Shown here: in pieces, positions 34,461-44,377 of the stretch
Layout of the letters: the number at the start of each line of letters is the position of its first letter
Numbering within the stretch: position 1 is the first letter of the stretch
DNA from: Christensenellales bacterium
Lineage (GTDB): Bacteria; Bacillota; Clostridia; Christensenellales; UBA1431
DNA length: 64,000 nt
Reading direction: 5' to 3'
NCBI GenBank assembly: GCA_040766645.1
Contig: JAXGQA010000001.1
Coordinates: 23,506-87,505 of the forward strand
Position numbers and translations under genes: made by a program
Notes under the pieces: model-generated
The model's input: the letters and a program-made list of their open reading frames with translations, nothing else
What the model was told of the DNA's origin: nothing
The model's database searches: none

Positions 34461-35801
34461 TTATGGCGCAGGCTTTGCGTCCGCCCTCCGCCACCGCCGC
34501 ATCATTGCCAGCGCGACGGCCAGCGTAAGCGTTTCCGCAAAGGGTATGGCCAGCCAGATGCCGGTCAGCCCCATAAACAGGGGCAGCACGTACACAAGGG
34601 CGACGCTGAGGGCGAAACCGCGCAAAAGCGTCACAAGAAATGCCGCCTTGGCCCTTAAAACGGACTGGAACCAGGTATTCAAAAAGATGTTGCCGGCCAT
34701 AGCGGTGAAGGAGAGAAAGTACAGCGTTATGGCCGGTCCGGCCAGAGCGTATATCTCCCGGGTGGGAATCAAAAAGATTTCCGTGATAAACGCCGGGAAC
34801 AGCACGCCCGCGAGGCAGATCGCAGCCCCCAGCGTGAGGGCGATGAGCATGCCTGTCCGCGCCGTAGCGCGGACCCGGTCCGGCCTGCACGCGCCGTAGT
34901 TGTAGGACAGTATGGGCTGGGCGGCCTGCGCGATGCCGTTGCACAGCGAAATGACAATTATCGCGACGTTGGCAAGTATCCCGTACACGGTCACGCCTAC
35001 ATCGCCGACATACCGCAGGAGCTGCAGGTTGAACACGAACACGACCATCCCCCACGATATCTCTATCAAAAACAGCGAGAGGCCATTCTTGCAAATGGCG
35101 GGTATCAGGCGCGGCGCCATATCGGCCCTGCGCAGGCGGAGGGTGCAGCCTTTGGTCAAAAAGTGCGCGGACATCACGGCCACGGTGGCCGCGTTGGCGA
35201 TGACCGTGGCCCAACTCGCGCCTACTATTCCCCATTTTAAGACGAAGATGAAGAGGTAATCGAGGATGATGTTCAGCACGCCGCCGGCCACCACGCCGAC
35301 CATGGCCAGCTTCTGCGCCCTGTCGTTTTTCAGAAACACCTGCAGGAACGCGGAAAACATGTAGAACGGGGTGCCCAGCAGCATGACGCGCCCGTATTCA
35401 TGGATAAACCCGGCGGTGGTCGGGGTCGCGCCCAGCAATTGGATGACCGGCTCGAAAAGCGCGTTGAAAAATATGAGGAGCAAAACGGCGGAGGCCGCGT
35501 TGGCCGCGGCGGCGGTGGCGTAGTACCGGCCCGCGCCGGCGACGTCCCCCCGCCCGAGGGATACCGACATCAGGACCGAGCCGCCCATCCCGAACAGAAA
35601 CCCGAGGCCGAAAAAAAGCGCATATAGCGGGAGTACGATGTTGAGCGCCGCGACAGCGTCCCCGCCCACGCCCTTGCCTATCATGATGACGTCCACCAGT
35701 ATGTAAACGGACGTCACCATGCTCCCGCCGACCGACGGGAACAGATACCTGAAAAACAGGCTGCGGACGTCATCGTTCAAAAGATCGGGCTTTGCTTTCA
35801 T
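34461..35801 (-). CDS. MATE-family efflux transporter
   Basis: Starts at ATG 35801 with MKAKPDLLNDDVRSLFFRYLFPSVGGSMV. 447 aa with 12 hydrophobic segments. Confidence 0.85.
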   Translation of the reverse strand: MKAKPDLLNDDVRSLFFRYLFPSVGGSMVTSVYILVDVIMIGKGVGGDAVAALNIVLPLYALFFGLGFLFGMGGSVLMSVSLGRGDVAGAGRYYATAAAANAASAVLLLIFFNALFEPVIQLLGATPTTAGFIHEYGRVMLLGTPFYMFSAFLQVFLKNDRAQKLAMVGVVAGGVLNIILDYLFIFVLKWGIVGASWATVIANAATVAVMSAHFLTKGCTLRLRRADMAPRLIPAICKNGLSLFLIEISWGMVVFVFNLQLLRYVGDVGVTVYGILANVAIIVISLCNGIAQAAQPILSYNYGACRPDRVRATARTGMLIALTLGAAICLAGVLFPAFITEIFLIPTREIYALAGPAITLYFLSFTAMAGNIFLNTWFQSVLRAKAAFLVTLLRGFALSVALVYVLPLFMGLTGIWLAIPFAETLTLAVALAMMRRWRRADAKPAP

Positions 35802-35903
35802 GGATATCCTTCCCCGCGGCGCCTGCGCCGCTCCCACCATTATAAACCGCTGGGCCGAGGGAAGGTCAAGCCTTATCTGTGCGGGTTGTAATATGGCGGC
35901 ACA

Positions 35904-35936
35904 GGAAAAGCCCCCGTATCCAAGCGATACGGGGGC
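35904..35936 (-). terminator. intrinsic terminator after the 35951..36526 gene
   Basis: The minus-strand RNA reads GCCCCCGUAUC-GCUUG-GAUACGGGGGC (11 bp perfect) followed by UUUUCC. Confidence 0.8.
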
Positions 35937-35950
35937 TGGACGGGGCGCGG

Positions 35951-36526
35951 CTACTGCGGCGGCTTGAAGCCGGTGTAAGGGTACAGGCCTTCGTCGATTT
36001 GTATCTTGGTTATGCGCCAATACTTCCCGTCCTTTTGGACGGTAAGCTGCGCGCTGTAGTCCCCCGCCGGACCGGTGGAGGCCAAAGTGGAAACGCGGAG
36101 CGTGTACCGGCAGACGGTATCGCTCAGCTTTTCGGTCTTTGTTATTTCGTAGCTTTCCACCCACGGACTGGACACGCCGGTCACCCAGTTGGGGGCGCTT
36201 TGTTCGAGCTGCCGGGCGTATTCTTCTTTCAGCGGCGCGTCCATGACCGCGTACTGCATCGCCGCGCTCCTCAGTTCCAAGCCTTTTGCCCAGACATCGA
36301 TAGCATCCGCCCCGCTGCACGCGCCCACGTAGTCCGTCGCCTCCATCAGGAGCCTGCTGCGCACCTCATATTTGTCATTCTGCGCAAGCGCCCCGACCGC
36401 GGCGGTCTCGCCGGCTGACGCGGCGTAAAAGCAGCTCTTTATGATGAGCACCTCGGCCAGTATGATAAGGATGCAGGCCGCCGCGATGATGAGCCTGTTC
36501 AGCTTTAGCGTGGTAATGACTTTCAT
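35951..36526 (-). CDS. hypothetical membrane-anchored protein
   Basis: Starts with MKVITTLKLNRLIIAAACILIILAEVLII (signal anchor) followed by a soluble domain of about 150 aa. No family recognised. Confidence 0.55.
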   Translation of the reverse strand: MKVITTLKLNRLIIAAACILIILAEVLIIKSCFYAASAGETAAVGALAQNDKYEVRSRLLMEATDYVGACSGADAIDVWAKGLELRSAAMQYAVMDAPLKEEYARQLEQSAPNWVTGVSSPWVESYEITKTEKLSDTVCRYTLRVSTLASTGPAGDYSAQLTVQKDGKYWRITKIQIDEGLYPYTGFKPPQ

Positions 36527-36600
36527 GCCCCGGCCCCCAATGTGTTTTTGGTACATTGTATGGCCAAGGGGTGGCGGTTCATGTCGATATGCTGAAAATT

Positions 36601-36765
36601 AAGGCAATACCGCACATAAAGAAGTGTCGCCGGAATCGCGAGAGATTTTTGTGCGGAACAAGGACAAAAGCACAGGAATAGCGGCGCTATTCCGCGCATT
36701 TTAGACGCCGTTTACGCGCAAAAGATCCGCGAGGACGGTGCGCACGACTTGTGCGGTGTTGCCTT
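36601..36765. repeat. 165-bp nested imperfect palindrome (MITE-like or structured RNA)
   Basis: Outer arms: AAGGCAATACCGCACA (36601-36616) versus TGTGCGGTGTTGCCTT (36750-36765), 15 of 16 complementary. Middle arms: TCGCGAGAGATTTTTGTGCG versus CGCGCAAAAGATCCGCGA. Inner hairpin: GGAATAGCG-G-CGCTATTCC. Confidence 0.55.
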
Positions 36766-36816
36766 AGTGCCCGTATAAACGCTTTTCTCTTGGGTTGGAC
36801 TTTGTCAGCAGCCTGA

Positions 36817-36849
36817 GGGGAAACGCCGCATGGCGTTTCCCCTTTTTTT
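36817..36849 (+). terminator. very strong orphan intrinsic terminator upstream of the hemerythrin gene
   Basis: GGGGAAACGCC-GCAT-GGCGTTTCCCC (11 bp perfect) followed by T7. No plus-strand gene lies upstream. The hemerythrin ATG is 94 nt downstream. Confidence 0.8.
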
Positions 36850-36942
36850 GTACGCTCCGTTAAAAAACCGGGAAGGCGTTAAGACCAATAAGGATTCATC
36901 CGATAAAACCAATACAGTAAATCATCATCTGAGGTGAATCCT

Positions 36943-37353
36943 ATGGAGTGGACCAACGACCTGTCTGTCGGCGTGAGCAAGATCGACTACCAGCACAAGG
37001 AACTCATCCGGAGGGTCAACGCCTTTCTGGATTCGGGTAAATCCAACGCGGGCAACACAGAGGTGCTGAATATGCTGTCCTTCCTTGAGATGTACGTGCG
37101 CACGCATTTCAGGGACGAGGAAGAACTGCAGCTGAAGTCCGGGTATCCGCATTACGCGGAACACAAAAAGATGCACGATAAATTCATCAGGACCGTGCAG
37201 GGCATCAAGCAGGACATCCAGAAAAACGGCTTCACCCCCGTGACCCGCTCGCTGGTCGGCTCGACCATGATCAACTGGCTGGTCACCCATATCAGCAGCG
37301 CGGATAAAAAGCTGGGCGCGCATATCCTTTCCCAGGCCAACCAGGCCGTCTGA
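36943..37353 (+). CDS. bacteriohemerythrin (hemerythrin-like metal-binding protein)
   Basis: ATG 36943 follows GAGGTG. It begins MEWTNDLSVGVSKIDYQHKELI and carries the iron ligand motifs THFRDEE, HKKMHDKF and WLVTHISSADKK. Confidence 0.88.
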   Translation: MEWTNDLSVGVSKIDYQHKELIRRVNAFLDSGKSNAGNTEVLNMLSFLEMYVRTHFRDEEELQLKSGYPHYAEHKKMHDKFIRTVQGIKQDIQKNGFTPVTRSLVGSTMINWLVTHISSADKKLGAHILSQANQAV

Positions 37354-37363
37354 CCGCAGGCGG

Positions 37364-37733
37364 CCGTTACTCCTCGCGCCGCTCCACCAGTTGCACCCGG
37401 ATGCCGTCCGGGTCGTCGATAAAGCAGAACCGCACCCCGGGCACCGGGAACTTACCGGCACCCGGCCGCTATGGGCACGCCCATTTGCTGTACGCGGGCC
37501 ATGGCGTCGTCCAGCGCGTCCACCAGCATGCCTATGGAGAATCCCGCGTCGCGTTGGGTGCGGTTTTTGCCGTCGCAGACAAGCTCCACCATGGCGCCCT
37601 CGCCCAGCATCGCGATCTCGGTGCCCGGCGCGGGGCTGAACCTCCGCGTCACCGGCAGCCCCAGCACCCGGTTATAAAATTTCAGCGCGCGCTCCATGTC
37701 GCTGACATGCAGCGTTATCCAGCACAGTTCCAT
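37364..37733 (-). pseudogene. VOC (glyoxalase/bleomycin-resistance) family protein, frameshifted as sequenced
   Basis: MELCWITLHVSDMERALKFYNRVLGLPV... runs up to ...GVPIAAG. The typical C-terminus GKFPVPGVRFCFIDDPDGIRVQLVERREE then continues in another frame, with the shift at about 37455-37463. Confidence 0.75.
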
Positions 37734-37745
37734 ATCGATTCCCCC

Positions 37746-38159
37746 TTATCCTTTCGAAAAAACGTATCCTCGCGCGCGCAGCGCTTCCTCCGCCCGCGCG
37801 GCGTTTTCGGCCTTTACCAGCACATAGTCGGTATCGTAGGTGGACACAGCGAACAGCCCCACGCCGGCCTCGGCCAGCGCGCCGGATATCCCGGACAGTA
37901 TGCCTACCAGCGAAAGGTCCAGCGCCCCCTGTACCCGGAACGCCCGCCAGCCGTGCTCCGCGGCCGTACGGTTCCCGGGCACGCTCTGGGGGCGGCACAC
38001 CACCGAGCACTCGCCGTCGGTCCGCGCGAAGAAGCAGAACTCGTCCGAAAACCGTACATCCGAGGCGTCGGGCATCCTGCATATCGAAAAAAGCCCGTCT
38101 ATCCATTCCAGCCGCAAAAGCCCGTCCTCCAGTCTGTTTTTCCCATGATTATACTGCAT
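37746..38159 (-). CDS. ACT-domain protein (ACT_7/CASTOR-like)
   Basis: Starts at ATG 38159. It contains WRAFRVQGALDLSLVGILSGISGALAEAGVGLFAVSTYDTDYVLVK, which looks like an ACT fold. Confidence 0.55.
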   Translation of the reverse strand: MQYNHGKNRLEDGLLRLEWIDGLFSICRMPDASDVRFSDEFCFFARTDGECSVVCRPQSVPGNRTAAEHGWRAFRVQGALDLSLVGILSGISGALAEAGVGLFAVSTYDTDYVLVKAENAARAEEALRARGYVFSKG

Positions 38160-38265
38160 CCTCCCGCGCGCGGCAAACCACAGCGGCGAAAAGGGCTCAT
38201 GAACCGCCGCCAAACCAGCAATACTAATCCTGGAAAAAGCATCGCCGAGGAGGTATCGGATTGAA

Positions 38266-40629
38266 ATGAAACAGGATGAACTCGAAAAAATAAACGCGTA
38301 CTGGATGGCCTGCAACTACCTGGCCGCCGGCATGATCTATCTGAGGGACAACCCGCTGCTGCGGGAGCCATTGAAGCCCGAGCACGTGAAAAACCGCCTG
38401 CTGGGCCACTGGGGAACCAGCCCGGGCCTGTCCTTCGTGTATGTCCACCTCAACCGCGTCATTAAGCGCTACAACCTGAACATGATATTCATCGCCGGGC
38501 CGGGGCACGGCGCACCCGGCGTCATCGCGCCCACGTATCTCGAAGGCACCTATTCGGAAGTGTATCCCATGGTGTCCGAGGATGCGGAGGGCATGCGCCG
38601 GCTGTTCAAACATTTTTCCTTCCCCGGTGGCACAGGCAGCCACTGCACGCCCGAGCTGCCCGGCTCCATCCACGAGGGCGGCGAGCTGGGGTACAGCCTG
38701 TCCCACGCGTTCGGTGCGGCATTCGACCACCCCGACCTCATTGTGGCGGCAGTTGTGGGGGACGGCGAGGCGGAGACTGGGCCTCTGGCCACGGCGTGGC
38801 ACTCCAACAAGTTTCTGAACCCCGCGCGCGACGGCGCGGTGCTGCCTATCCTTCACCTCAACGGCTACAAGATCGCCAACCCCACCATCCTGGCACGCAT
38901 CAGCCGGGAGGAGTTATACAGCCTGTTCACCGGGTACGGATACAAGCCATATTTTGTGGAGGGCGACGACCCGATGGCCATGCATCAGGAGATGGCCAAA
39001 ACGCTGGATAGAACCGTTCGCGACATACGCAGCATACAGTCCGCGGCCCGAAGCGGTCCAAAGGCCGACCGCCCCATCTGGCCTATGATCATACTGCGAT
39101 CCCCCAAGGGCTGGACCGGCCCCAGGGAGGTGGACGGCCTGAAAATAGAGGGCTTCTGGCGCTCGCATCAGGTGCCGGTCACCGGCGTGCACCACGACCC
39201 CGCCCGCCTGAGGGTGCTGGAGGACTGGCTGAGAAGCTACGCGCCCGAGCGCCTCTTCGACGAGAACGGCACACTGCGCCCCGAGCTGAAGGCGCTGGTC
39301 CCGACCGGCGCGCGGCGGATGAGCGCCAACCCCGTGACCAGCGGGCTGACCAGGCGCCGGCTCCGGCTGCCCGACTTCCGGGACTATGCCGTGGCGGTGG
39401 ACAGCCCGGGACGCACCGCGGCCGAGAACACGCGGCCCATGGGCGCCTTTCTTCGGGATGTGCTGCTGAAAAACAAGGATAATTTCCGGGTATTCGGGCC
39501 GGACGAAACGGCGTCCAACCGGCTGGACGCGGTCTACGAGGCCAGCAAAAAGATGTGGATGGCCGAAATGCTGCCCGAGGACGCGGGCGGGAGCGAACTC
39601 GCGCGCGACGGCAGGGTGATGGAGATGCTCAGCGAGCACACTTTATTGGGATGGCTGGAGGGGTACATACTCACCGGCCGGCACGGGCTTTTCCACACCT
39701 ACGAGGCGTTTTCGCACGTTATCGCCTCCATGTTCAACCAGCATGCCAAGTGGCTGGATGCCAGCAAGACCGAGGCCAAGTGGCGCGCGCCCATCGCGTC
39801 CGAGAACATACTGCTTTCCTCCACGGTGTGGCGGCAGGATCACAACGGCTTTTCACATCAGGAGCCGGGTTTTCTGGATGTGGTGACCAACAAAAGCCCG
39901 GAGATCGTGCGCATTTACCTCCCGCCCGACGCCAACTGCCTGCTCTCTACCATCGACCACTGCCTGCGGAGCGCCGACTATGTGAACGTCATCGTGGCCG
40001 ACAAACAAAAGCACCTGCAGTACCTGGACATGGACGCGGCCATAAAACACTGCACCAAGGGCATCGGGATATGGGACTGGGCCAGCAGCGACGACCGGGG
40101 CGAAGCCTCGGGCGAGCCGGACATTGTGCTGGCCTGCTGCGGCGACGTGCCTACCCGCGAGGCGCTGGCCGCGGCGGCCATACTGCGGGAGGAATTCCCG
40201 TCGCTCAAGGTCCGCTTTATCAACGTGGTGGACCTCACCCGCCTGATGCCGGCCGCCGACCACCCCCACGGGCTGACCGATCGGGAGTTCAACGCGCTGT
40301 TCACGCCCGACAAGCCGGTGGTGTTCAATTTCCACGGCTATCCGTGGCTGATTCACAAGCTGACCTACAAGCGCACGCGTCAGGAGCGGATACACGTGCG
40401 CGGGTACAAGGAGAAGGGGAACATCAACACGCCGCTGGAGTTGACCATCCGCAACCAGGCCGACCGCTTCAATCTGGTCATCGACGTGATAGACCGCATT
40501 CCCGAGCTCGGCTCCAACGGCGCGCACTGCCGCGATCACATGAAAAACCGCATCATTGAGAACATACAGTACGCCCATGAGCACGGCATCGACAAGGAGG
40601 AGATAACCAACTGGGAATGGCCGTATTAA
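38266..40629 (+). CDS. xfp: phosphoketolase (xylulose-5-P/fructose-6-P)
   Basis: 787 aa with [22 protein letters not shown] and [11 protein letters not shown]; full length is typical of Xfp. Confidence 0.93.
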   Translation: MKQDELEKINAYWMACNYLAAGMIYLRDNPLLREPLKPEHVKNRLLGHWGTSPGLSFVYVHLNRVIKRYNLNMIFIAGPGHGAPGVIAPTYLEGTYSEVYPMVSEDAEGMRRLFKHFSFPGGTGSHCTPELPGSIHEGGELGYSLSHAFGAAFDHPDLIVAAVVGDGEAETGPLATAWHSNKFLNPARDGAVLPILHLNGYKIANPTILARISREELYSLFTGYGYKPYFVEGDDPMAMHQEMAKTLDRTVRDIRSIQSAARSGPKADRPIWPMIILRSPKGWTGPREVDGLKIEGFWRSHQVPVTGVHHDPARLRVLEDWLRSYAPERLFDENGTLRPELKALVPTGARRMSANPVTSGLTRRRLRLPDFRDYAVAVDSPGRTAAENTRPMGAFLRDVLLKNKDNFRVFGPDETASNRLDAVYEASKKMWMAEMLPEDAGGSELARDGRVMEMLSEHTLLGWLEGYILTGRHGLFHTYEAFSHVIASMFNQHAKWLDASKTEAKWRAPIASENILLSSTVWRQDHNGFSHQEPGFLDVVTNKSPEIVRIYLPPDANCLLSTIDHCLRSADYVNVIVADKQKHLQYLDMDAAIKHCTKGIGIWDWASSDDRGEASGEPDIVLACCGDVPTREALAAAAILREEFPSLKVRFINVVDLTRLMPAADHPHGLTDREFNALFTPDKPVVFNFHGYPWLIHKLTYKRTRQERIHVRGYKEKGNINTPLELTIRNQADRFNLVIDVIDRIPELGSNGAHCRDHMKNRIIENIQYAHEHGIDKEEITNWEWPY

Positions 40630-40710
40630 CGCGCGGCTCCGCGCTTATACTAATATATAGAGATTTCGTTGCGCCTGCCCTTAGCCTGCACGATAGAAGG
40701 AGGCATCGCG

Positions 40711-41778
40711 ATGAAAAAAATGGCGACAGCGCTCATACTGCTCCTCGCGCTGCTCACGGCCTGTTCGCCGGGCAATGTGACGCCCGCCACGCCGCCGCCG
40801 TCCGCCCGGCAAAGCCTGTCTCACGCGCAGCGCTCGGCCGCAGATTATTTTGCGTTCGCCGTGGACACGTATATGGAATACGGCGGGGCCGGCAACGAAT
40901 ACGCCGCCTACGCGCAGTATGTGGATTACCGTAAGGACGGCATCGCCCAGGTACGGCAGATAACGGGCGGAACCACCACGGTGCGCGTGTACCGGCTCTC
41001 GGATGACCGGATAAGCGAGGTGTTCTCCCGGGGCGAAACGTATTACCGCTACGACTATACGGACAAGCGCGGGCGCGAGAACGTGCTCCTCAAGAACCCC
41101 ATAACCGAAGGCAACAGTTGGACGCTGGAGGGCGGGGACACGCGGTCCATAACTGCCGTGGACACCAAGGTCAAAACCGGCGCCGGAAACTATAAGGCGG
41201 TGGAGGTGACCACTCGCGGAAAGGCCTACACCCAAAAGGACTATTACGCCGAGGGCGTGGGCCTTATCAAGAGCGTTTATCAGCCCTTTGGCGACGAAAC
41301 GGCCATCGAGACCACGCTGGAGCGCATAGCGCCCGAAACGTCCCTGCAGACCGACGTCCGCCTGTTCTTCGTCCACCCGGACAAAGACAGGACGGTGTAT
41401 GAGGACAGGAGCGTCTCGGTGGACACCAATCAGGAAATGGCGTTTGTAATCGATGCGGAGATTAAGTCGCCTCCGCCCGCCAGCGGCCTGATACCGCCGC
41501 TGTATTCCTTCGTGCACGTGCTGGGCGTCAAGCTGGACGCCGATGGCGGCATCGTCACGGTGGACCTGACCCCGTCCTTTATCGCCGGGCCGGAGGAGGA
41601 AGCGAGGATCGAGGACCTGCGCCTGCAGGCGGTGGCCAACACCTTCGGGCGCTATTATCAGGTCCCCAAAGCCATAATCACTATCGAAGGCGCGCCGTAC
41701 AAATCCACGCGCCGCAGCTTTGCTGCCGGGGAATACATCACGGTGGACGAGGAAAACGCCGTGGAGTATGCGCACTGA
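40711..41778 (+). CDS. lipoprotein with C-terminal GerMN domain
   Basis: ATG 40711 follows GAAGGAGG. It has the lipobox LLTACS. The C-terminal region (VRLFFVHPDKD...VTVDLTPSF...LQAVANTFGRYYQVPKAIITIEG) resembles GerMN. Confidence 0.65.
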   Translation: MKKMATALILLLALLTACSPGNVTPATPPPSARQSLSHAQRSAADYFAFAVDTYMEYGGAGNEYAAYAQYVDYRKDGIAQVRQITGGTTTVRVYRLSDDRISEVFSRGETYYRYDYTDKRGRENVLLKNPITEGNSWTLEGGDTRSITAVDTKVKTGAGNYKAVEVTTRGKAYTQKDYYAEGVGLIKSVYQPFGDETAIETTLERIAPETSLQTDVRLFFVHPDKDRTVYEDRSVSVDTNQEMAFVIDAEIKSPPPASGLIPPLYSFVHVLGVKLDADGGIVTVDLTPSFIAGPEEEARIEDLRLQAVANTFGRYYQVPKAIITIEGAPYKSTRRSFAAGEYITVDEENAVEYAH

Positions 41779-42008
41779 CCGTATAAAACAATTTCTTAGC
41801 GAGGCTGCCGCTGAAAAACCATTTCGGACAAAAGACAGACAACCGCTTCTGCGCAATTCTTCGGAAGTGGTTTCCTTATATCGAGTATTGATATGAAAAG
41901 CTTTGCTAAATAGTATCGTTGATTATGTTTTAAGCATAATTGTTCTGACAGAAAAGCCTCCTTGAGAAGGAGACGTGGAAGACGGCTACCGCAAAGGCTC
42001 TGCGGGCC

Positions 42009-42088
42009 CCGTCATTGCAAGCCGCAGCGAAGCAATCCAGCGTTTCCTTTCTGGTTTGCCATGGGGCTGAAGCCCCTCGCAATGACGG
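42009..42088. repeat. 80-bp GC-rich palindromic element
   Basis: CCGTCATTGCAAG (42009-42021) versus CTCGCAATGACGG (42076-42088). Inner pairs are CAATCCAG/CTGGTTTG and GGGGCT-GA-AGCCCC. Confidence 0.5.
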
Positions 42089-42261
42089 CTTATCCCCCGG
42101 TCAGGCCGCGCCTGCCAGCTTTTTGGGGCAAAAGGCCAGACTGGCCGTAGCTGACATTGAACAAGGGAAGTTTTTAGACCAATCACAGAAAATCAGTACA
42201 AGTTTAAAAATTCTCCCCGGTCAGTTTAAATAAAATACCCGTTTCAACCGCATGCCCGCTT

Positions 42262-42305
42262 TTAAAAAAGGCAGAGAAAATATTTCCTCTGCCTTTCCTT
42301 TTTGA
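42262..42305 (-). terminator. bidirectional intrinsic terminator at the end of the V-ATPase operon
   Basis: AGGCAGAG (42269-42276) pairs with CTCTGCCT (42287-42294). It is flanked by A6 on one side and TTTCCTTTTT on the other. Confidence 0.75.
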
Positions 42306-42347
42306 AGCTATGTTTCTGTGACATCCACTCTCGGTGCTTTTTGTTGA

Positions 42348-42995
42348 TTATGCCTCGCGGCTGGCCAGCATATCCTTCATCTTCATCAGCCGGGTGAGGC
42401 TCCCGCGTTCGTTCTCCTCCAGCTTCATGGTGATGGTGCGGATGGTCTCCTCAAACTGCGGGATCATAACGTACTCCAGCGCGTTGACGCGGCGGCGGGT
42501 CTTTTCGATTTCGTCGGCCAGCCGGTTGCAGGTCTTCTCGATCTCCGCAAGCTCGATGAGCTTGGGCAGCAGCCGCACCAGCGTCGCGATAGCCTCGTCC
42601 AGCTCGCCGGACGTGGTGGCGAAGCTGTACGGATACAGGCTCCCGGACGCGCTGTCCGCCGTTTCCTTGATTTTTATGACTGGAACGTCCACGCTCATGA
42701 TGTTGCGCTTCCCCAGCTCCAGCTCCACCTCGCGGGCGGGATACTGCACCGCTTCCACGGCCACCTGATCGCTCATCACCGCACGGGCCAGCACGAAGTT
42801 TTTAAGCGCACGGGTAAGCTCGGCTTCCACCTCGTCGCGCAGCTCCTTGTTCCGGCGTATCAGCATGATGAAGCGGCGTACCATCTCATCGCGCTTGTCT
42901 TTTAAAAGCTTGTGCCCGCGCACCGCCACCGTACGGCTCTTTTTGGTGCGGGTCAGCTCCATGCGCGTGGGATTGACTTGCTTGGCCATGGTCAT
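42348..42995 (-). CDS. ntpD: V-type ATP synthase subunit D
   Basis: 215 aa beginning [30 protein letters not shown]. Confidence 0.92.
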   Translation of the reverse strand: MTMAKQVNPTRMELTRTKKSRTVAVRGHKLLKDKRDEMVRRFIMLIRRNKELRDEVEAELTRALKNFVLARAVMSDQVAVEAVQYPAREVELELGKRNIMSVDVPVIKIKETADSASGSLYPYSFATTSGELDEAIATLVRLLPKLIELAEIEKTCNRLADEIEKTRRRVNALEYVMIPQFEETIRTITMKLEENERGSLTRLMKMKDMLASREA

Positions 42996-44377
42996 TCATC
43001 CCATTCGGCCGCAGGCAGGTATTTCTCGATGTATTCGTCGCGGATACGCTTGAGTTCGGCCTTAGGCAGTATCGAAAGCAGCTTCCAGCCAAGGTCCAGC
43101 GTTTCCTCGATAGTGCGGTTGGTTTCAAAGCCCTGCGAAACGTACTCCGCCTCGAAAGCGTCCGAGAACTTCGCGTACAGCTTGTCGGCGTCGGACAGGG
43201 CCGCCTCGCCCAGTATGACCGAAAGCTCCTTAGCTTCCTTGCCGCGCGCGTACGCCGCGAAAAGCTGGTTCATCGGGTCGGCGTGGTCCTCGCGGGTCTT
43301 GCCCCTGCCGATGCCCTTGTCCTTGAGGCGGGACAGGGAGGGCAGCACGTCGATGGGCGGCGTGATCGCCTTCCGGTGCAGCTCGCGGGACAGTATGATC
43401 TGCCCTTCGGTGATGTACCCGGTCAGGTCGGGGATGGGGTGGGTCTTGTCGTCCTCGGGCATGGTCAGTATGGGTATCTGGGTGATGGAGCCCACCGAGC
43501 CCTTTATCCTTCCGGCGCGCTCGTACATGGTCGCCAAGTCTGTGTAGAGGTAGCCCGGATACCCGCGGCGGCCGGGGACCTCCTTGCGCGCGGCCGAGAC
43601 CTCGCGCAGCGCTTCGGCGTAGTTTGTAAGGTCGGTGATGATGACCAGCACGTGCATGCCCTTTTCATACGCGAGATACTCGGCTGCGGTGAGGGCCATG
43701 CGCGGCGTGGCGATACGCTCGACCGCCGGCTCGTTGGCCAGGTTCATGAACAGCACGGTGCGCTCGATGGCGCCCGTACGCCTGAAGTCGGTGATGAAGA
43801 AGTCCGCTTCCTCGAACGTGATGCCCACGGCGGCGAACACGACAGCGAATTTCTCGTCCGACCCCAGCACCTTTGCCTGGCGCGCAATCTGCGCGGCCAG
43901 CTGCGCGTGCGGCAGGCCCGATCCGGAGAACACCGGGAGCTTCTGCCCGCGGACCAGCGTGTTCAGGCCGTCGATGGCCGAAACGCCGGTCTGGATGAAC
44001 TCGGACGGATAGTCGCGCGCGGCGGGGTTGATGGGCGCGCCGTTGATGTCCAGGCGCTTTTCGGGGATGATGGGAGAACCGCCGTCGCGCGGCTCGCCCA
44101 TGCCGTTGAAGACGCGGCCCAGCATGTCCGGGGATACCGCCAGCTCCTGGCTTTTGCCCAGGAAGCGCGCCTTGGAGGTGCTTATCTGCAGGCCCTGCGC
44201 GCTCTGGAAGAGCTGCACCAGCGCCTTGTCGCCGGATATCTCCAGCACGCGGCCCAGCCGGACCTCTCCGTTTTGCTGCTCGATCTCCACCAGCTCGTTG
44301 TATTTTACGCCTTCCACCTGCTCCACAAGCATGAGCGGTCCGACGCTTTCCTTGATGGTACGGTATTCCTTAAGCAT
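42992..44377 (-). CDS. ntpB: V-type ATP synthase subunit B
   Basis: 461 aa beginning [19 protein letters not shown], with ...SGSGLPH... and [14 protein letters not shown]. Confidence 0.95.
   Translation of the reverse strand: MLKEYRTIKESVGPLMLVEQVEGVKYNELVEIEQQNGEVRLGRVLEISGDKALVQLFQSAQGLQISTSKARFLGKSQELAVSPDMLGRVFNGMGEPRDGGSPIIPEKRLDINGAPINPAARDYPSEFIQTGVSAIDGLNTLVRGQKLPVFSGSGLPHAQLAAQIARQAKVLGSDEKFAVVFAAVGITFEEADFFITDFRRTGAIERTVLFMNLANEPAVERIATPRMALTAAEYLAYEKGMHVLVIITDLTNYAEALREVSAARKEVPGRRGYPGYLYTDLATMYERAGRIKGSVGSITQIPILTMPEDDKTHPIPDLTGYITEGQIILSRELHRKAITPPIDVLPSLSRLKDKGIGRGKTREDHADPMNQLFAAYARGKEAKELSVILGEAALSDADKLYAKFSDAFEAEYVSQGFETNRTIEETLDLGWKLLSILPKAELKRIRDEYIEKYLPAAEWDE

Noticed and set aside
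35802-35903. Promoter for the MATE gene (TTGACC ... TATAAT) and the palindrome GCGGCGC-AG-GCGCCGC in its 5' UTR.
   Set aside because: The spacer I count is 19 nt, which is too long for a confident call. The palindrome is short and GC-driven. I do not report it as a feature.
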